Shown piece by piece: positions 63,277 to 64,000 of a stretch of 64,000 bases of DNA. A model generated the notes under the pieces. It was given only the letters and a program-made list of their open reading frames with translations. It was not told the DNA's origin and searched no databases. The DNA comes from Takakia lepidozioides (lineage: Eukaryota; Plantae; Bryophyta). Location: the NCBI GenBank assembly GCA_030704615.1, contig CM060733.1, forward strand, positions 60,698,001 to 60,762,000. The letters are read 5' to 3'. Made by a program: the position numbers and the translations under genes. Numbering within the stretch: position 1 is the first letter of the stretch; each line of letters begins with the position of its first letter.

Positions 63277-64000
63277 ATGGAGGGTATGTTGATTCCAGGA
63301 CTGCCAAATGACATGGCACAAATGTGCCTGGCTAGGGTTCCCAGACTGAAGTACCCTGCACTGAGTGCTGTGTGCAAGGCATGGCAATCTCTTTTTAAAA
63401 GTCCAGAACTGTTTAAGATGCGGTCAAAGCTTGACCAGGTGGACCCATGGTTGCTGGTGCTTTGTGAAGACTCCCGAATGGAGGATGGGCTGGATGACAT
63501 TGTCTCATTTCTGGCGTTTGACTTGAAATTAAGGAAGCGATGCCGGATCCCACTGCCGGACTCAGAGGAACTAGTTCAGCGCTTGCAATATGGTGGCTTG
63601 AAGTGTGCCTCCATGGGCTACCTCTTCTTTGTTCTGGGAGGTGCAGTGAGGGATGACCTGGGGCTGCACGGTCAACGGACCGTCAACATTTTCAACACTG
63701 TGACCAATGAGTGGTCACAGGGTGCCAGCATGACGGTGGCCAGGTCTGTGCTCTATATACCATGGTCTCCTTTCTCTTGTACCATGCAGGTGTGCATGTG
63801 GCACTCTTCAGTATTTGCAGAAATTGAGTGGACTTCAGTAACCATATTATTTCCTCTCGCAATAACTTTACGATGAAACAGAAGTATATGCCGTGGACAA
63901 CTGCTCATTGTATCTGATACTTGATCATTCCTGGTCAGGTCATATTTTGCGTGTGGAGTCATCAACAGTTGCCTGTTTGTTGCGGGTGGGTACAATGCAG
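63277..64000 (+). CDS. F-box/kelch-repeat protein, continues past the right edge
   Basis: LIPGLPNDMAQMCLARVP...VCKAW F-box, followed by kelch FFVLGG...FNTVTNEWSQGASMTVAR. After an intron the frame resumes ~63940 (FACGVINSCLFVAGG). Confidence 0.88.

Overview
Eukaryotic nuclear DNA, most likely from a non-seed land plant (inferred from spliceosomal introns, a PLS-type PPR fragment, a Tcn1-like chromovirus, a CRE-type retrotransposon and a Penelope-like fragment). Ordinary host genes lie at both ends: a RAY1-like arabinosyltransferase on the left; an ICMT/PEMT-family methyltransferase, an unusual lipocalin, SYP81, RPN7 and an F-box/kelch gene on the right. The centre is one 35.2-kb CACTA (En/Spm) insertion, 6910-42134. 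It has CACTA...TAGTG termini and a GGT target-site duplication, and it splits a CRE-type non-LTR retrotransposon whose reading frame rejoins when the insert is removed. Inside are nested LTR retrotransposons, a tnpA-like gene (-) and tnpD (+) pointing away from each other, and a PPR fragment between two right ends. The most interesting part is the roughly 13 kb between the two transposase genes. It holds a ParB/Srx-like gene, an array of 14 regularly spaced 24-bp palindromes, an intron-containing prokaryote-type beta-class N6-adenine/N4-cytosine DNA methyltransferase, a SET-domain gene and two orphan ORFs. This looks like a transposon-borne DNA/chromatin-modification module. This copy is decaying (premature stops and frameshifts). 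All family assignments come from motif recognition by eye; no searches were run.
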